A stretch of 64,000 nt of DNA from Patescibacteria group bacterium (lineage in GTDB: Bacteria; Patescibacteriota; Dojkabacteria; J137), in assembly GCA_016861265.1 (NCBI GenBank), contig BOLA01000001.1, positions 598,229-662,228 on the forward strand, written 5' to 3'. The position numbers were made by a program, and so were the translations under genes. Below the pieces are notes generated by a model. That model was not told the DNA's origin. It saw nothing but the letters and a program-made list of their open reading frames with translations, and made no database searches. Shown here one piece after another: positions 1 through 8,700 of this stretch (positions are counted from its first letter, which is position 1; every line of letters starts with the position of its first letter).

Positions 1-761
1 TACTACTTTCTGACTTAAAAGAAAAATCCCAAAAGTTAGACCTAGTAGAATTTATTAATTACGTACTAGAGAAAACAGGATATGTTGAGATGCTTAAAGA
101 CGGTACCCTAGAAAATGAATCAAGAATAGAGAACATTAAAGAGTTAATTTCGGTTGCAAGTAAATATCAAAATGATCCTGCTCCTGAAGGTTTAGAAAAT
201 TTCCTAAACGAAGTAACCTTACTTGAAGGTTTTACAGAAACAAAGGAATCTTCCAACTATGTAACTCTAATGACCATTCATGCGGCCAAGGGTTTAGAGT
301 TTGACTATGTATTTGTAGTAGGTATGGAGGAAAACCTGTTTCCGCATACAAATTCCATGACTGATATTAAAGAGATGGAAGAAGAACGTAGACTGGCATA
401 TGTGGCAATCACAAGAGCAAAGAAGAAATTATTCCTAACACATGCCTCAAAAAGAAAGTATTTTGGAATTATCCAAATGAATCCTGTCTCCAGATTTGTG
501 AGTGATATAAATACAGATGTAGTTGACTTCGAATCTAACTATTCCGATGGATATTCAAGCGTTAATCTTGATCCATGGGAAGAGAAGGAGGAGTACGTTC
601 CAGAAATAAATTTAAAAATAGGGGATAAAGTTAAACACGAATACTTTGGTAAGGGTGTAGTAAAGTCGGTGTTCGGTACCAACATAGAAATTGATTTTGG
701 GCCAATATATGGCGTTAAGGAGTTAATGTTGGAATATGCAAGGCTAGAGAAATTGAGCTAA
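1..761 (+). CDS. UvrD/PcrA-family superfamily-1 DNA helicase, C-terminal fragment (5' end lies outside the window)
   Basis: Frame of ORF 90..761 is open back to the window start. Translation carries the C-terminal UvrD-type helicase motifs (TIHAAKGLEFDYVFVVGMEEN, LAYVAITRAKKKLFLTHA) and the characteristic C-terminal tail. Confidence 0.8.
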   Translation, partial: LLSDLKEKSQKLDLVEFINYVLEKTGYVEMLKDGTLENESRIENIKELISVASKYQNDPAPEGLENFLNEVTLLEGFTETKESSNYVTLMTIHAAKGLEFDYVFVVGMEENLFPHTNSMTDIKEMEEERRLAYVAITRAKKKLFLTHASKRKYFGIIQMNPVSRFVSDINTDVVDFESNYSDGYSSVNLDPWEEKEEYVPEINLKIGDKVKHEYFGKGVVKSVFGTNIEIDFGPIYGVKELMLEYARLEKLS

Positions 762-1163
762 TTACAGTATTTTCTTTACACAAGCATTGTTCTCACAAAC
801 AGAGTATTGGTTGCTGTCACAACCTATAAGAGTTGCCGAGCATGAATTAGCTTTACAGTAATACTTGTTATGTGTGCCAATATTGCAGTCTTGAAGGTAT
901 TCGGGCCTTTCTCTGCAGTCATCATTTTCAAAACAAAGAGTTTTATTAACTTCCATTTGCCTAATCTCATCATCAGTTGCAGGGTTGCTTTTTCTATATT
1001 CGGCGTCTCCTTGTTGAACTTGAATTTGTTGCTGAGCTCTAATGCTGGTTGAAATACCTTTAGATACCGATTCTACACTAAGACCTTTCGATATTAATAA
1101 AAGCAACAGAATGAAAGCAATAAAAATAAAGGTTGATATAATTAGTAAAAGTCTTTTATTCAT
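762..1163 (-). CDS. hypothetical Cys-rich secreted or membrane-anchored protein
   Basis: 133-aa ORF with an N-terminal hydrophobic segment (LLLIISTFIFIAFILLLLLI) followed by a domain with about 10 Cys. No recognisable family. Confidence 0.4.
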   Translation of the reverse strand: MNKRLLLIISTFIFIAFILLLLLISKGLSVESVSKGISTSIRAQQQIQVQQGDAEYRKSNPATDDEIRQMEVNKTLCFENDDCRERPEYLQDCNIGTHNKYYCKANSCSATLIGCDSNQYSVCENNACVKKIL

Positions 1164-1199
1164 AATCTAATTCTAAAGTTTCCTTTTTTATAATTCAAT

Positions 1200-2099
1200 A
1201 TGAAGTTTGGAAAAGTAGAATCACTAATCGAGTTAGAAAATTTAGATCTGTCTTTGCCTCTTGAACCACATGAGAATGAAGCCTACCCATCTTCAATCGA
1301 TAGAAATGCTCAGATTAAGGTTTTTATAGGTGCCCCTGCGTGGGGTGTTAAAGATTGGAAAGGTAAAATATACCCTGAAAAACTAAAATCCGAAGAATAT
1401 TTAAATTATTACGCTAAGTCATTTAACTCTATAGAACTAAATACAACCCACTACAGGCTGCCCGAACAATCTGATATCTATAACTGGCTTAAGCAAGTGC
1501 CGTCAGATTTTTTATTTTGTCCTAAAGTTACTCAATCAATAAGTCATTTTAGCGGCCTTACAAATAAATTAAAGGTAGAGGAGTACTTTAATAGGATGAA
1601 TTCATTTGGTACGAATCTAGGACTCCATTTTTTGCAGCTGCATGAAAATTTTTCTCCTAAAAGATTTGCAGACCTGTCTAAGTTTATTAACTACATACCA
1701 AAAGGAACTAAGCTTGCAATTGAACTTAGGCACCCAGACTGGTTTAGGGATCAGGGAATATTCAATTACTTAAGATCAAAAGGCATTGGCACTGTAATTT
1801 CGGATACAGCAGGACGAGGAGATGTCTTGCATATGAATATTACCGCACCGTTTACAGTTATTCGATTTGTGGGTAATAATTTGCACCAAACGGATTATCA
1901 AAGAATAGATGATTGGGTAGAAAAAATAAAACAATGGAATGATAAAGGGTTAGAAGAAATATTCTTTTTTGTACACGAGCCACAAGAATTAGCCTGTCCC
2001 GAGATCTCAGATTATTTTATTCAGACCCTCAACAAGAATGAATTAACAACATCGGCAAGTATTAAATTTGTGCAACAACAGGATCTGTCGCTTTTCTAG
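1200..2099 (+). CDS. DUF72 (YecE-like) family protein
   Basis: N-terminal pattern FIGAPAWGVKDWKGKIYP...YAKSFNSIELNTTHYRLP...W....P.DFLFCPKVTQSISH matches the conserved DUF72 core. Confidence 0.75.
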   Translation: MKFGKVESLIELENLDLSLPLEPHENEAYPSSIDRNAQIKVFIGAPAWGVKDWKGKIYPEKLKSEEYLNYYAKSFNSIELNTTHYRLPEQSDIYNWLKQVPSDFLFCPKVTQSISHFSGLTNKLKVEEYFNRMNSFGTNLGLHFLQLHENFSPKRFADLSKFINYIPKGTKLAIELRHPDWFRDQGIFNYLRSKGIGTVISDTAGRGDVLHMNITAPFTVIRFVGNNLHQTDYQRIDDWVEKIKQWNDKGLEEIFFFVHEPQELACPEISDYFIQTLNKNELTTSASIKFVQQQDLSLF

Positions 2100-2100
2100 T

Positions 2101-2121
2101 GGTCACCAGTCAAGGGTGACC
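2101..2121. terminator. perfect 7-bp inverted repeat (GGTCACC-N7-GGTGACC) between convergent genes, with no U-tract
   Basis: Seen directly in the sequence. No T-run on either side, so it is only a weak terminator candidate. Confidence 0.3.
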
Positions 2122-2128
2122 TTCTGGA

Positions 2129-2335
2129 CTAGGAATTGTCATCCCCGGTTTTTTCTTCGGGAAGAAATCTGAATACTTTACTTATTCCTCCCCCGAGATG
2201 GACAGTTACATATTTAGTAACGGAACTAGGATTTTGTTCCTCCTGTTTTTCATCAAAATCTTCTTTAGGTTTGCCTTTTCTAGCTCTCCTTCGAAGTGCT
2301 TCCCTTATCTCTTCGATCTCCTTTGATGTTGGCAT
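2129..2335 (-). CDS. small (68 aa) charged hypothetical protein
   Basis: An internal ATG is preceded by a strong Shine-Dalgarno (GGAGGTG, 5-nt spacer) on the minus strand. The track ORF 2129..2374 starts 13 codons further upstream without an RBS. Confidence 0.45.
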   Translation of the reverse strand: MPTSKEIEEIREALRRRARKGKPKEDFDEKQEEQNPSSVTKYVTVHLGGGISKVFRFLPEEKTGDDNS

Positions 2336-2419
2336 CTTGACACCTCCATTGACTGGCCAAGAATTATGCAACAATAACTATAATTGATCAATAGAATCTA
2401 CAATACTTTAGTAGTATAA

Positions 2420-3112
2420 TTGCCCCATAGTTTTTATATTGTAGGTGTGAAATTTGATATTCTTACAACATTCCCTGAATCTTTTTCAGCAATACAGCAG
2501 AGTATTGTAAAACGAGCTGAGAACAAAGGATTGATTGAGATAAAGATACATAATTTAAGAGACTTTACACTTGATAAGCATAAAACTACCGATGACTCTC
2601 CGTTTAGCGGGGGAGCAGGTATGCTTATGAAAATAGAGCCCATTTACGCAGCCCTAAAATCTCTAGGCGTTTATCCGAATAGGGATTCTAGAACTAAGGT
2701 AATTCTAACAAGTGCAAAAGGTATGCTTTGGAAACAATCAATAGCGCAAGACTGGTCACAAAATTTGGATCGAATTGTAATTATCTGCGGACATTACGAA
2801 GGGGTGGATCACAGAGTGGTGGAGCATTTAATTGATGGAGAAATAAGTATTGGTGGTTATGTACTTTCAGGGGGTGAGATTCCTGCAATGATCGTTGTAG
2901 ATAGTATAACCAGGCTAATCGATGGAGCTTTAGGTAACACCCTGTCTTTATTAGATGAAAGTCATAATGAGCAGATGGATGCTGAGTATCCGCAATATAC
3001 AAGGCCCGCAATTTTTAAAACTGAAGAAGGTCAAGAATGGGGAATTCCTGAGATTTTGCTATCGGGGGATCACAAAAAGATTGAGGATTGGAAAAAACGA
3101 AACTCGAAGTAA
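2420..3112 (+). CDS. trmD: tRNA (guanine37-N1)-methyltransferase TrmD
   Basis: KFDILTTFPESF, ICGHYEGVDHRV, SIGGYVLSGGEIPAMIVVDSITRLI and YPQYTRPAIF are classic TrmD (SPOUT) motifs. Alternative start GTG at 2447 (VKFDIL...). A TATAAT lies at 2415-2420. Confidence 0.9.
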   Translation: MPHSFYIVGVKFDILTTFPESFSAIQQSIVKRAENKGLIEIKIHNLRDFTLDKHKTTDDSPFSGGAGMLMKIEPIYAALKSLGVYPNRDSRTKVILTSAKGMLWKQSIAQDWSQNLDRIVIICGHYEGVDHRVVEHLIDGEISIGGYVLSGGEIPAMIVVDSITRLIDGALGNTLSLLDESHNEQMDAEYPQYTRPAIFKTEEGQEWGIPEILLSGDHKKIEDWKKRNSK

Positions 3113-3256
3113 ACCTAAAGTAGATACTAGCTGTTTTATTGTATGTAGTCCACAAATGAGTCCACTTGTTACACAAACTTGCGTAACACAGAAAGTCTGT
3201 TGTAGTTTATTTTCTTCTTACTGGGTGATAATATTAGTATTATTACCACTTCAAAT

Positions 3257-3763
3257 ATGTATAATTTTGCATCTTTATTGTCTGGAGGTGATTTAAGGTC
3301 TATTGGAGAGTCAGATAAGGTAGTTGCGATAGTTTTGAAGAATCAAAGTCTTTTCGGTGATTTATTTAAGTGTTTATATTCTTCGGATTCTGTAGTCAGA
3401 ATGCGTGCAGCTGACGCGATAGAGAAGGTTACAAGAAGGCATCCCCAATTGCTTCAGCAATACAAAGTTAACCTAGTTGATGATATCTCTAGGATAAATC
3501 AAAAAGAAGTTCAGTGGCATTTTGCAGAGCTAATAACCAGGGTAAATTTAACCGCTTCTGATTTGTCTCATGTAGTAAAGGTTCTGGAAGAAAATATCGA
3601 AGCCTCCAAAAGTAATATTGTAAGAATATTCTCAATACAAGCAATCTATGACCTTTCTTTAAAACATAAATATTTAATTGACACAATTAAGTTAATACTT
3701 GAAAAGTATAAAGATGATGAAAGTCCTGCGGTAAAAGCCAGGGTGAATAAGTTGCGAAAGTAG
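3257..3763 (+). CDS. hypothetical all-helical protein (HEAT/ARM-like?)
   Basis: 168-aa ORF with no TM segment and a helical, repeat-like composition. No confident family assignment. Confidence 0.4.
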   Translation: MYNFASLLSGGDLRSIGESDKVVAIVLKNQSLFGDLFKCLYSSDSVVRMRAADAIEKVTRRHPQLLQQYKVNLVDDISRINQKEVQWHFAELITRVNLTASDLSHVVKVLEENIEASKSNIVRIFSIQAIYDLSLKHKYLIDTIKLILEKYKDDESPAVKARVNKLRK

Positions 3764-3774
3764 GGATTAAAAAA

Positions 3775-3848
3775 TCGGAGTGGCGGGGCTCGAACCCACA
3801 ACCCCACGCTCCCAAAGCGTGTATTCTAGCCAATTGAACTACACTCCG
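3775..3848 (-). tRNA. tRNA-Pro (anticodon TGG)
   Basis: The reverse complement folds as a cloverleaf: acceptor CGGAGTG/CACTCCG, D-stem GTTC/GAAT, anticodon stem CACGC/GCGTG with loop TTTGGGA (anticodon UGG, G37), T-stem GTGGG/CCCGC with loop TTCGAGC, discriminator A. No CCA is encoded. Confidence 0.85.
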
Positions 3849-3905
3849 ATGAATGCAGGAAATTATAACGAATTGTAGGACTTCTGTCTAATGGGAAAAC
3901 ATATT

Positions 3906-3933
3906 AAAAAAGACACCCCCTGGTGTCTTTTTC
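3906..3933. terminator. rho-independent terminator hairpin (AAAAAGACACC-CCCT-GGTGTCTTTTT), bidirectional
   Basis: GC-rich stem flanked by A-run and T-run, 3' of the minus-strand PIN gene. Confidence 0.6.
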
Positions 3934-3949
3934 TTGTTTGCAAGTTGTA

Positions 3950-4324
3950 TTATATTTCAACAAAGTTTAGGCCCTTTATTCCACTAAAGTTTCCTTTATC
4001 TTCGGTTAATACGGAATATCCTTTTTGCATTGCAGTTGCTGCTACGTAGCTAACAGCAAGACTAACTTCAGTATTTCTTATAACCTTTGCAGCCTCATCC
4101 GCTAGGGTTTTATTGACCTCTACAACATTAAAATACTTATCAACGAAGTCCTTTACTTCCTTTTCTAGATTTGCATCCTCAAAGGTTCTGCTGGCAAGTA
4201 ATTCTGTGTATGTCGCAATAGAAATTACCATGTTATATTTTTCATAGGCAATTGGAAGGACTCCCTTTCCTGTCTTTAGATATTGCACTATTACACTTGT
4301 ATCTACAATTATTGTTTCTTTCAT
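3950..4324 (-). CDS. PIN-domain ribonuclease (VapC-like toxin)
   Basis: N-terminus MKETIIVDTSVIVQYL has the typical PIN start with the first catalytic Asp. Size is about 124 aa, with conserved acidic residues downstream. Sits 13 bp downstream of the partner ORF. Confidence 0.75.
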   Translation of the reverse strand: MKETIIVDTSVIVQYLKTGKGVLPIAYEKYNMVISIATYTELLASRTFEDANLEKEVKDFVDKYFNVVEVNKTLADEAAKVIRNTEVSLAVSYVAATAMQKGYSVLTEDKGNFSGIKGLNFVEI

Positions 4325-4337
4325 ATTATTAATATAA

Positions 4338-4802
4338 TTAACTAATTAAAGGTCTAATTGCATTTAAGCTGAACTGTCTTTCTTCCTTTCCATCTCTGTT
4401 CCATTCTTGGATTTCGATTGTTCTTGGGAATAGTTTTACTTCTGCAGGTTCTTCAGGAACTTTTTCGGCTACGGGTTGTACTTCTTCTTGAGGGACTTCC
4501 TGTTCGACAATTTCATCGACGGTCTCTTCTGTAGTTTCTTCGATTGCTTCTACTTCTTCTCGTTCCTCTAATTTTGGTGTGGTGAGCCTCTTTTTCTCAG
4601 TTGTTGCTACTTTAACTTCTGGTCCATCGTTATTAATTTCAACACTGTTTTCAATGTCTACCTTTACAATCTTATATCTTACTTTGTTGTAAGAAGTTAG
4701 TGCTATTTCGCCGAATTCGTCCACTATGGCGAAAATATCACCAGTCTTATTTTTTACTTCTGTAAGGGAAGCGATTACTTTACCGTCTTTATTTTTATAC
4801 AT
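4338..4802 (-). CDS. putative PIN-partner (antitoxin-like) protein with a long acidic low-complexity linker
   Basis: 154-aa ORF immediately upstream of, and co-oriented with, the PIN gene. Small N-terminal domain, a Glu-rich tract (EEREEVEAIEETTEETVDEIVEQEVPQEEVQP) and a short C-terminal domain. No recognisable antitoxin fold, so the role is inferred from position only. Confidence 0.4.
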   Translation of the reverse strand: MYKNKDGKVIASLTEVKNKTGDIFAIVDEFGEIALTSYNKVRYKIVKVDIENSVEINNDGPEVKVATTEKKRLTTPKLEEREEVEAIEETTEETVDEIVEQEVPQEEVQPVAEKVPEEPAEVKLFPRTIEIQEWNRDGKEERQFSLNAIRPLIS

Positions 4803-4832
4803 ATGGAAAAATGTTTAACATTACTTATTAAA

Positions 4833-4860
4833 ATTATAGCTAATTTATATAAGTTGTCAA
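4833..4860 (-). promoter_or_regulatory. near-consensus sigma-70 promoter for the partner-PIN operon (TTGACA-N16-TATAAT on the minus strand)
   Basis: Minus-strand reading gives TTGACAACTTATATAAATTAGCTATAAT about 30 nt upstream of the ATG at 4802. Confidence 0.6.
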
Positions 4861-4864
4861 ACAA

Positions 4865-6583
4865 TTACTCTTGAGATCTTAGCGAGTTTAAAATTTCTTC
4901 AGAATCAGCACCTTCTACGATAATTATATCGCCCGATTTTATAAGGGTTCTGGTAGTAAATAGCAATTCGTTAACATTCCTAGATTTTAGGCTAAGGATA
5001 TCAAGGTAGCTATGTGCAAGCAAAGTGTAAAGTAAGGGATCTGTAGTTACAACTATAGAAACTTTCTGTTTTAATTTTTCAGTTAATCTAGCATAGGATT
5101 TTCTTTTTAATTTCCCCAATTCGCTAACTCCATCGGTTAGCAATATTATTCGTCCATGTTTAAACTTTCTCTTAATATTGTTTGCGTAATCTACAGCAGC
5201 CAGAACTCCTTTTAGGTTGCTGTCTGGGTTACCTGTGGATATTAATAGAGTATGATCATCACCTTCTAGGGTGTATATATTAGTGAATTTATCGGATAAT
5301 TTGCCCACTTTTTCTCTAACTGTTTTTTCGTCAATACCTGTTCGTTTGGCAGCCAGTATTGCCGGTACTAGCTGATGTACTAGGCTTAGTCTGTGTATTG
5401 GTGTTGAGTATTCACTGATCTTGTCTTTGGATTTAAACATGAACTTATAACCTTCAACCGATCTTTTGTAGATCTCTATAAAAAATAGTTCATTAAGTTT
5501 GCTAGATTTTTTATCCAAAAACGAGAAACCAATTTTTTCTCCTGGAAATTTATTCAAATAATGTAGTATATATTTGTTATCAATTGGTGCGATTACGCTT
5601 CCATTGTGATTAGTTCCTTTTATAAGCTCTAATCTTGCTTCTATATATTCCTGTTTATTTTTGAATGAACCATAGTGCTGAACGTCAATGTCTGTGATAA
5701 TTGAAATATCCGGACTAATAATCCTGCAAATGCTTTCTACTTCGCCTTTCTTGAAAGGTTCAATTTCAACTAATAATATTTGGGTGCCAGCTGTAATTTG
5801 GGTAGTTATATCGTAACTTAGTTCTTCTATTGTAGTATAAACATCACCTGTTTTAACAATGGAGTAGTCGTCCTTCAGTAACTTGAATAAGAGTTCCTTA
5901 GTTACTGTTTTCCCTATGCTACCGGTAATGGCAATGACAATAATGTTGTTCCTATATCGAGATAACTTGTCATTCAATTGGTGTACCGCAACTTTATTTC
6001 TAAACCATCCAATAGGGCTGGTAATTAAGATTATTAAAGCTGTGATTATTGGAGAAGCGATATCTAAAAACAAAGCGATTATTGCTGAAAGACCTAGGTA
6101 TACATATACATCGTAGATGGTATACATATTGGCATTGCTTACCCCGGGTAATATCAAGTTTTCTCTTTGTAGAGAAGCAAACGGTAGCGACACAATTATT
6201 ATTAGAAAGCTTACTAGTATACTTAATAATGTTAATACAACTGTATTTCTGGTGTTAATTCTTATGGATTCTGATTTACCGGAAAATACTTTTTCTAGAA
6301 GCATAAAGATTTCCACGGCCCAAATTGTGTATGCAATTAAGACTCCTATACTTGAAGTGTAAACAGAAACAACTAGCGTACAAGTTAAACTGAATACAAT
6401 ATATTTAAGTAGCGTGAGTAGAAAATCCCTGTTGTTAGGAAGATGGTCCCACCTAATAAAATTATAAAAACGCTCAACTCTGTACTGCTTTTGCTGCCAT
6501 AAGTGTAGATTCCAAAGTACATTCTTGAATAGAATCACTACTGGAGGAAGCCAAAATAGGACTACTAAGACTAAAAATTCCAT
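4865..6583 (-). CDS. Mur ligase family protein (MurF-like central and C-terminal domains) fused to an N-terminal polytopic membrane domain
   Basis: About 190 N-terminal residues contain 4-5 hydrophobic helices. They are followed by the Mur ligase P-loop IVIAITGSIGKTVTKELL, a MurF-like ISIITDIDVQH motif and the C-terminal ISTGNPDSNLKGVLAAV region. Confidence 0.65.
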   Translation of the reverse strand: MEFLVLVVLFWLPPVVILFKNVLWNLHLWQQKQYRVERFYNFIRWDHLPNNRDFLLTLLKYIVFSLTCTLVVSVYTSSIGVLIAYTIWAVEIFMLLEKVFSGKSESIRINTRNTVVLTLLSILVSFLIIIVSLPFASLQRENLILPGVSNANMYTIYDVYVYLGLSAIIALFLDIASPIITALIILITSPIGWFRNKVAVHQLNDKLSRYRNNIIVIAITGSIGKTVTKELLFKLLKDDYSIVKTGDVYTTIEELSYDITTQITAGTQILLVEIEPFKKGEVESICRIISPDISIITDIDVQHYGSFKNKQEYIEARLELIKGTNHNGSVIAPIDNKYILHYLNKFPGEKIGFSFLDKKSSKLNELFFIEIYKRSVEGYKFMFKSKDKISEYSTPIHRLSLVHQLVPAILAAKRTGIDEKTVREKVGKLSDKFTNIYTLEGDDHTLLISTGNPDSNLKGVLAAVDYANNIKRKFKHGRIILLTDGVSELGKLKRKSYARLTEKLKQKVSIVVTTDPLLYTLLAHSYLDILSLKSRNVNELLFTTRTLIKSGDIIIVEGADSEEILNSLRSQE

Positions 6584-6699
6584 AAACCTTTTAAGTTAAC
6601 TTAATTTACATTCTTTCAAAAATTTGATCTAATTACAATCTTTTAACATTGAATAGTATTTTTTTAGCATATATACTGTTATCGAATTAGTGAGAATTT

Positions 6700-7026
6700 A
6701 TGAACGTAGATGATTTTACAAAGCTTTTATTGGCTATTGCAGTTTCCTTTGCAATAGTTATATTGGCTTGGGGTTTATTTAGAATCCTAAATAATTTGGC
6801 AGGATCTATACAAGATCTTCGAAAAGCACTTAAAAATACATCGACTCTATCGGATTATGTACTCGAGGACTATTTAAAAGGTAGAGAAGAGGTTTATTCG
6901 CTGCTGCGCAATTTGCACGACTTTAAATCCTCCTTTGTAGATCCAGTAAGGAATATAGCAAAAATTACCAATATGTTAGGTTCCTTAAGGAAGAGGAAGG
7001 GTGGATACGCCGATAGTCAAGAATAG
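6700..7026 (+). CDS. small membrane protein (DUF948-like: N-terminal TM plus helical domain)
   Basis: TM segment LLLAIAVSFAIVILAWGLF followed by a charged helical region. The family call is tentative. Confidence 0.4.
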   Translation: MNVDDFTKLLLAIAVSFAIVILAWGLFRILNNLAGSIQDLRKALKNTSTLSDYVLEDYLKGREEVYSLLRNLHDFKSSFVDPVRNIAKITNMLGSLRKRKGGYADSQE

Positions 7027-7093
7027 GCTTGCTTTAAACGAAAGTATAATATATAATCTATAACGAATAAATATCTATAAATTTTGTAAAAAT

Positions 7094-7387
7094 ATGTCAA
7101 GTAAGAAATCAAGATTCAACAAGGAAAAAACCGACAAAATGAAGGTAATTTCTAAGTTTGGTGCACATGAAAAAGATACTGGATCTCCAGCTGTACAAGT
7201 GGCTCTATTAACAGAAAGAATTAAATACCTAACAAATCATTTAAAATCACATAAAAAGGATAAGCATTCCAGAAGAGGTTTGCTTAAATTAGTAGGCGAA
7301 AGAAGAAAACTAATTTCCTACATGGAAAGATCTTCAGATGATAAAGTATCTGTAACAAAATTTCTAAAACAAGTTGGTTTAGATTGA
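7094..7387 (+). CDS. rpsO: 30S ribosomal protein S15
   Basis: [46 protein letters not shown] is the S15 signature. 97 aa. Confidence 0.9.
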   Translation: MSSKKSRFNKEKTDKMKVISKFGAHEKDTGSPAVQVALLTERIKYLTNHLKSHKKDKHSRRGLLKLVGERRKLISYMERSSDDKVSVTKFLKQVGLD

Positions 7388-7404
7388 TAATTCCTATAAA
7401 TTGT

Positions 7405-7428
7405 AAGCCCTCGAAAGAGGGCTTTTTT
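7405..7428 (+). terminator. rho-independent terminator after rpsO (AAGCCCTC-GAAA-GAGGGCTT-TTTTT)
   Basis: Perfect 8-bp stem, GNRA-like loop, U-tract. Confidence 0.75.
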
Positions 7429-7478
7429 ATTACCTTTGCTTTCTTTAAGTCTTTTTTCTATGTAATAATGTATGAACT

Positions 7479-8585
7479 ATGAAGTTTCCGTTATTCAAAA
7501 AGAAAAAAGAGTCATCAAAGTCTCGTCCGGCTTACGTAAATATGCGTCCTAGAATTGATAATTCTAATATTTTGGCGCAGGCAAAAAAAAGAAAGCAGAA
7601 GCAGTTATTAACTAAAAGGGCTGAATTTATATCACCTCAGATTAAAAGTTTGCCGTTGTCTAAAATTTTATTTACTTTCGTTCTGTTGACCCTATTAATT
7701 GGGGCATTTATTTTTCTAAGGAATACGACTATTTTTGATGTAAAAGTTGTTGAGGTTATTACTGATAAGTCGGAGAGTTATAGTCTTGTTAAGGAAATTG
7801 CTGATAAGTATATTTCTAAAAATATTATCTTTATATCTTCTTCTGAAATTGAAAATTCAATAAAATCAGAATTATCCTCTGTTCATACTGTATTCGTGAA
7901 TAAAACTTTGGATGGTAAATTAAAGGTTGAGATTATTGAGGATGCCCCTGTGTATTACGAAGCTAATAATTCTGGAATTTATTTAATTAATCAGAGTGGG
8001 GGAGTAATGGAAGTAATTGAGCCAGAAACAAAGCTTACTTTCAATGAAACAGAATTATTGTTAAGGGACAACAAGCTTCCTGCCGATTCAGATCAGGTTA
8101 GAATTAAATATTTGGAGGGTTTTAGCGAGGAAGAGCGCTCCAAGATAATATGGAAGGATGTTGAAAGGGAAGAAAAAGAGGCCGTTTTAAATCAAATGAA
8201 GCAGGATTTGGACAACAAGATAAATGATTTTACTAATAAACTTGCACAACAGCTAAAGGAAGATAAGTATAAGAACTTAATTGGAAGTTATATACCAAAT
8301 AACGAAAATTATTCCGTAGGGGATAAAGTTCCTTTGGAAAGATTAAATTTTTTATCCATTGTTTTGGATTTCTTTAAAAGTAAGAATCTGAATTCGACAA
8401 AAGTTGTCTGGGATTCTGATTATTCTCTGGAAGTGTTCTTACAAGACAATCCTAGCGTTTTGTTGTCAGTTAAAAGAAGTTATTCATCACAATTTATAGA
8501 TTTGAACACTCTTATTTACTATGGACAATTTAGTGGAGCAAGGGTGGTTGATGTGAGAAGCAATAACTATTCTGTGGTAAGATAA
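7479..8585 (+). CDS. ftsQ: cell-division protein FtsQ/DivIB-like (POTRA domain), with an extended C-terminal region
   Basis: Basic N-terminus, single TM (ILFTFVLLTLLIGAFIFL), then a POTRA-like segment (IFDVKVVEVITDKSE...KLKVEIIEDAPVYY). Lies immediately upstream of ftsA-ftsZ. Confidence 0.6.
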   Translation: MKFPLFKKKKESSKSRPAYVNMRPRIDNSNILAQAKKRKQKQLLTKRAEFISPQIKSLPLSKILFTFVLLTLLIGAFIFLRNTTIFDVKVVEVITDKSESYSLVKEIADKYISKNIIFISSSEIENSIKSELSSVHTVFVNKTLDGKLKVEIIEDAPVYYEANNSGIYLINQSGGVMEVIEPETKLTFNETELLLRDNKLPADSDQVRIKYLEGFSEEERSKIIWKDVEREEKEAVLNQMKQDLDNKINDFTNKLAQQLKEDKYKNLIGSYIPNNENYSVGDKVPLERLNFLSIVLDFFKSKNLNSTKVVWDSDYSLEVFLQDNPSVLLSVKRSYSSQFIDLNTLIYYGQFSGARVVDVRSNNYSVVR

Positions 8586-8700
8586 GATTAATTGAATTGC
8601 TTGAAATAACAAAATCGAAATTGTAAACTATACTAGCAAATAAAAACCCAAATACAATGGGGTAAAGTGAAATTTTTATTGATATTAAACTACTTAATGT

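Noticed and set aside
870-1052. Short plus-strand ORF overlapping the minus-strand Cys-rich protein gene
   Set aside because: An antisense overlap with no start context. The same reasoning applies to the other short antisense track ORFs inside trmD, murF-like, ftsZ, rpoD, ileS, the giant surface protein gene and others.
2101-2121. GGTCACC-N7-GGTGACC palindrome as an intrinsic terminator or restriction-type site
   Set aside because: A perfect stem but no flanking U-tract on either strand. Kept only as a low-confidence feature. It could equally be a protein-binding palindrome or coincidence.
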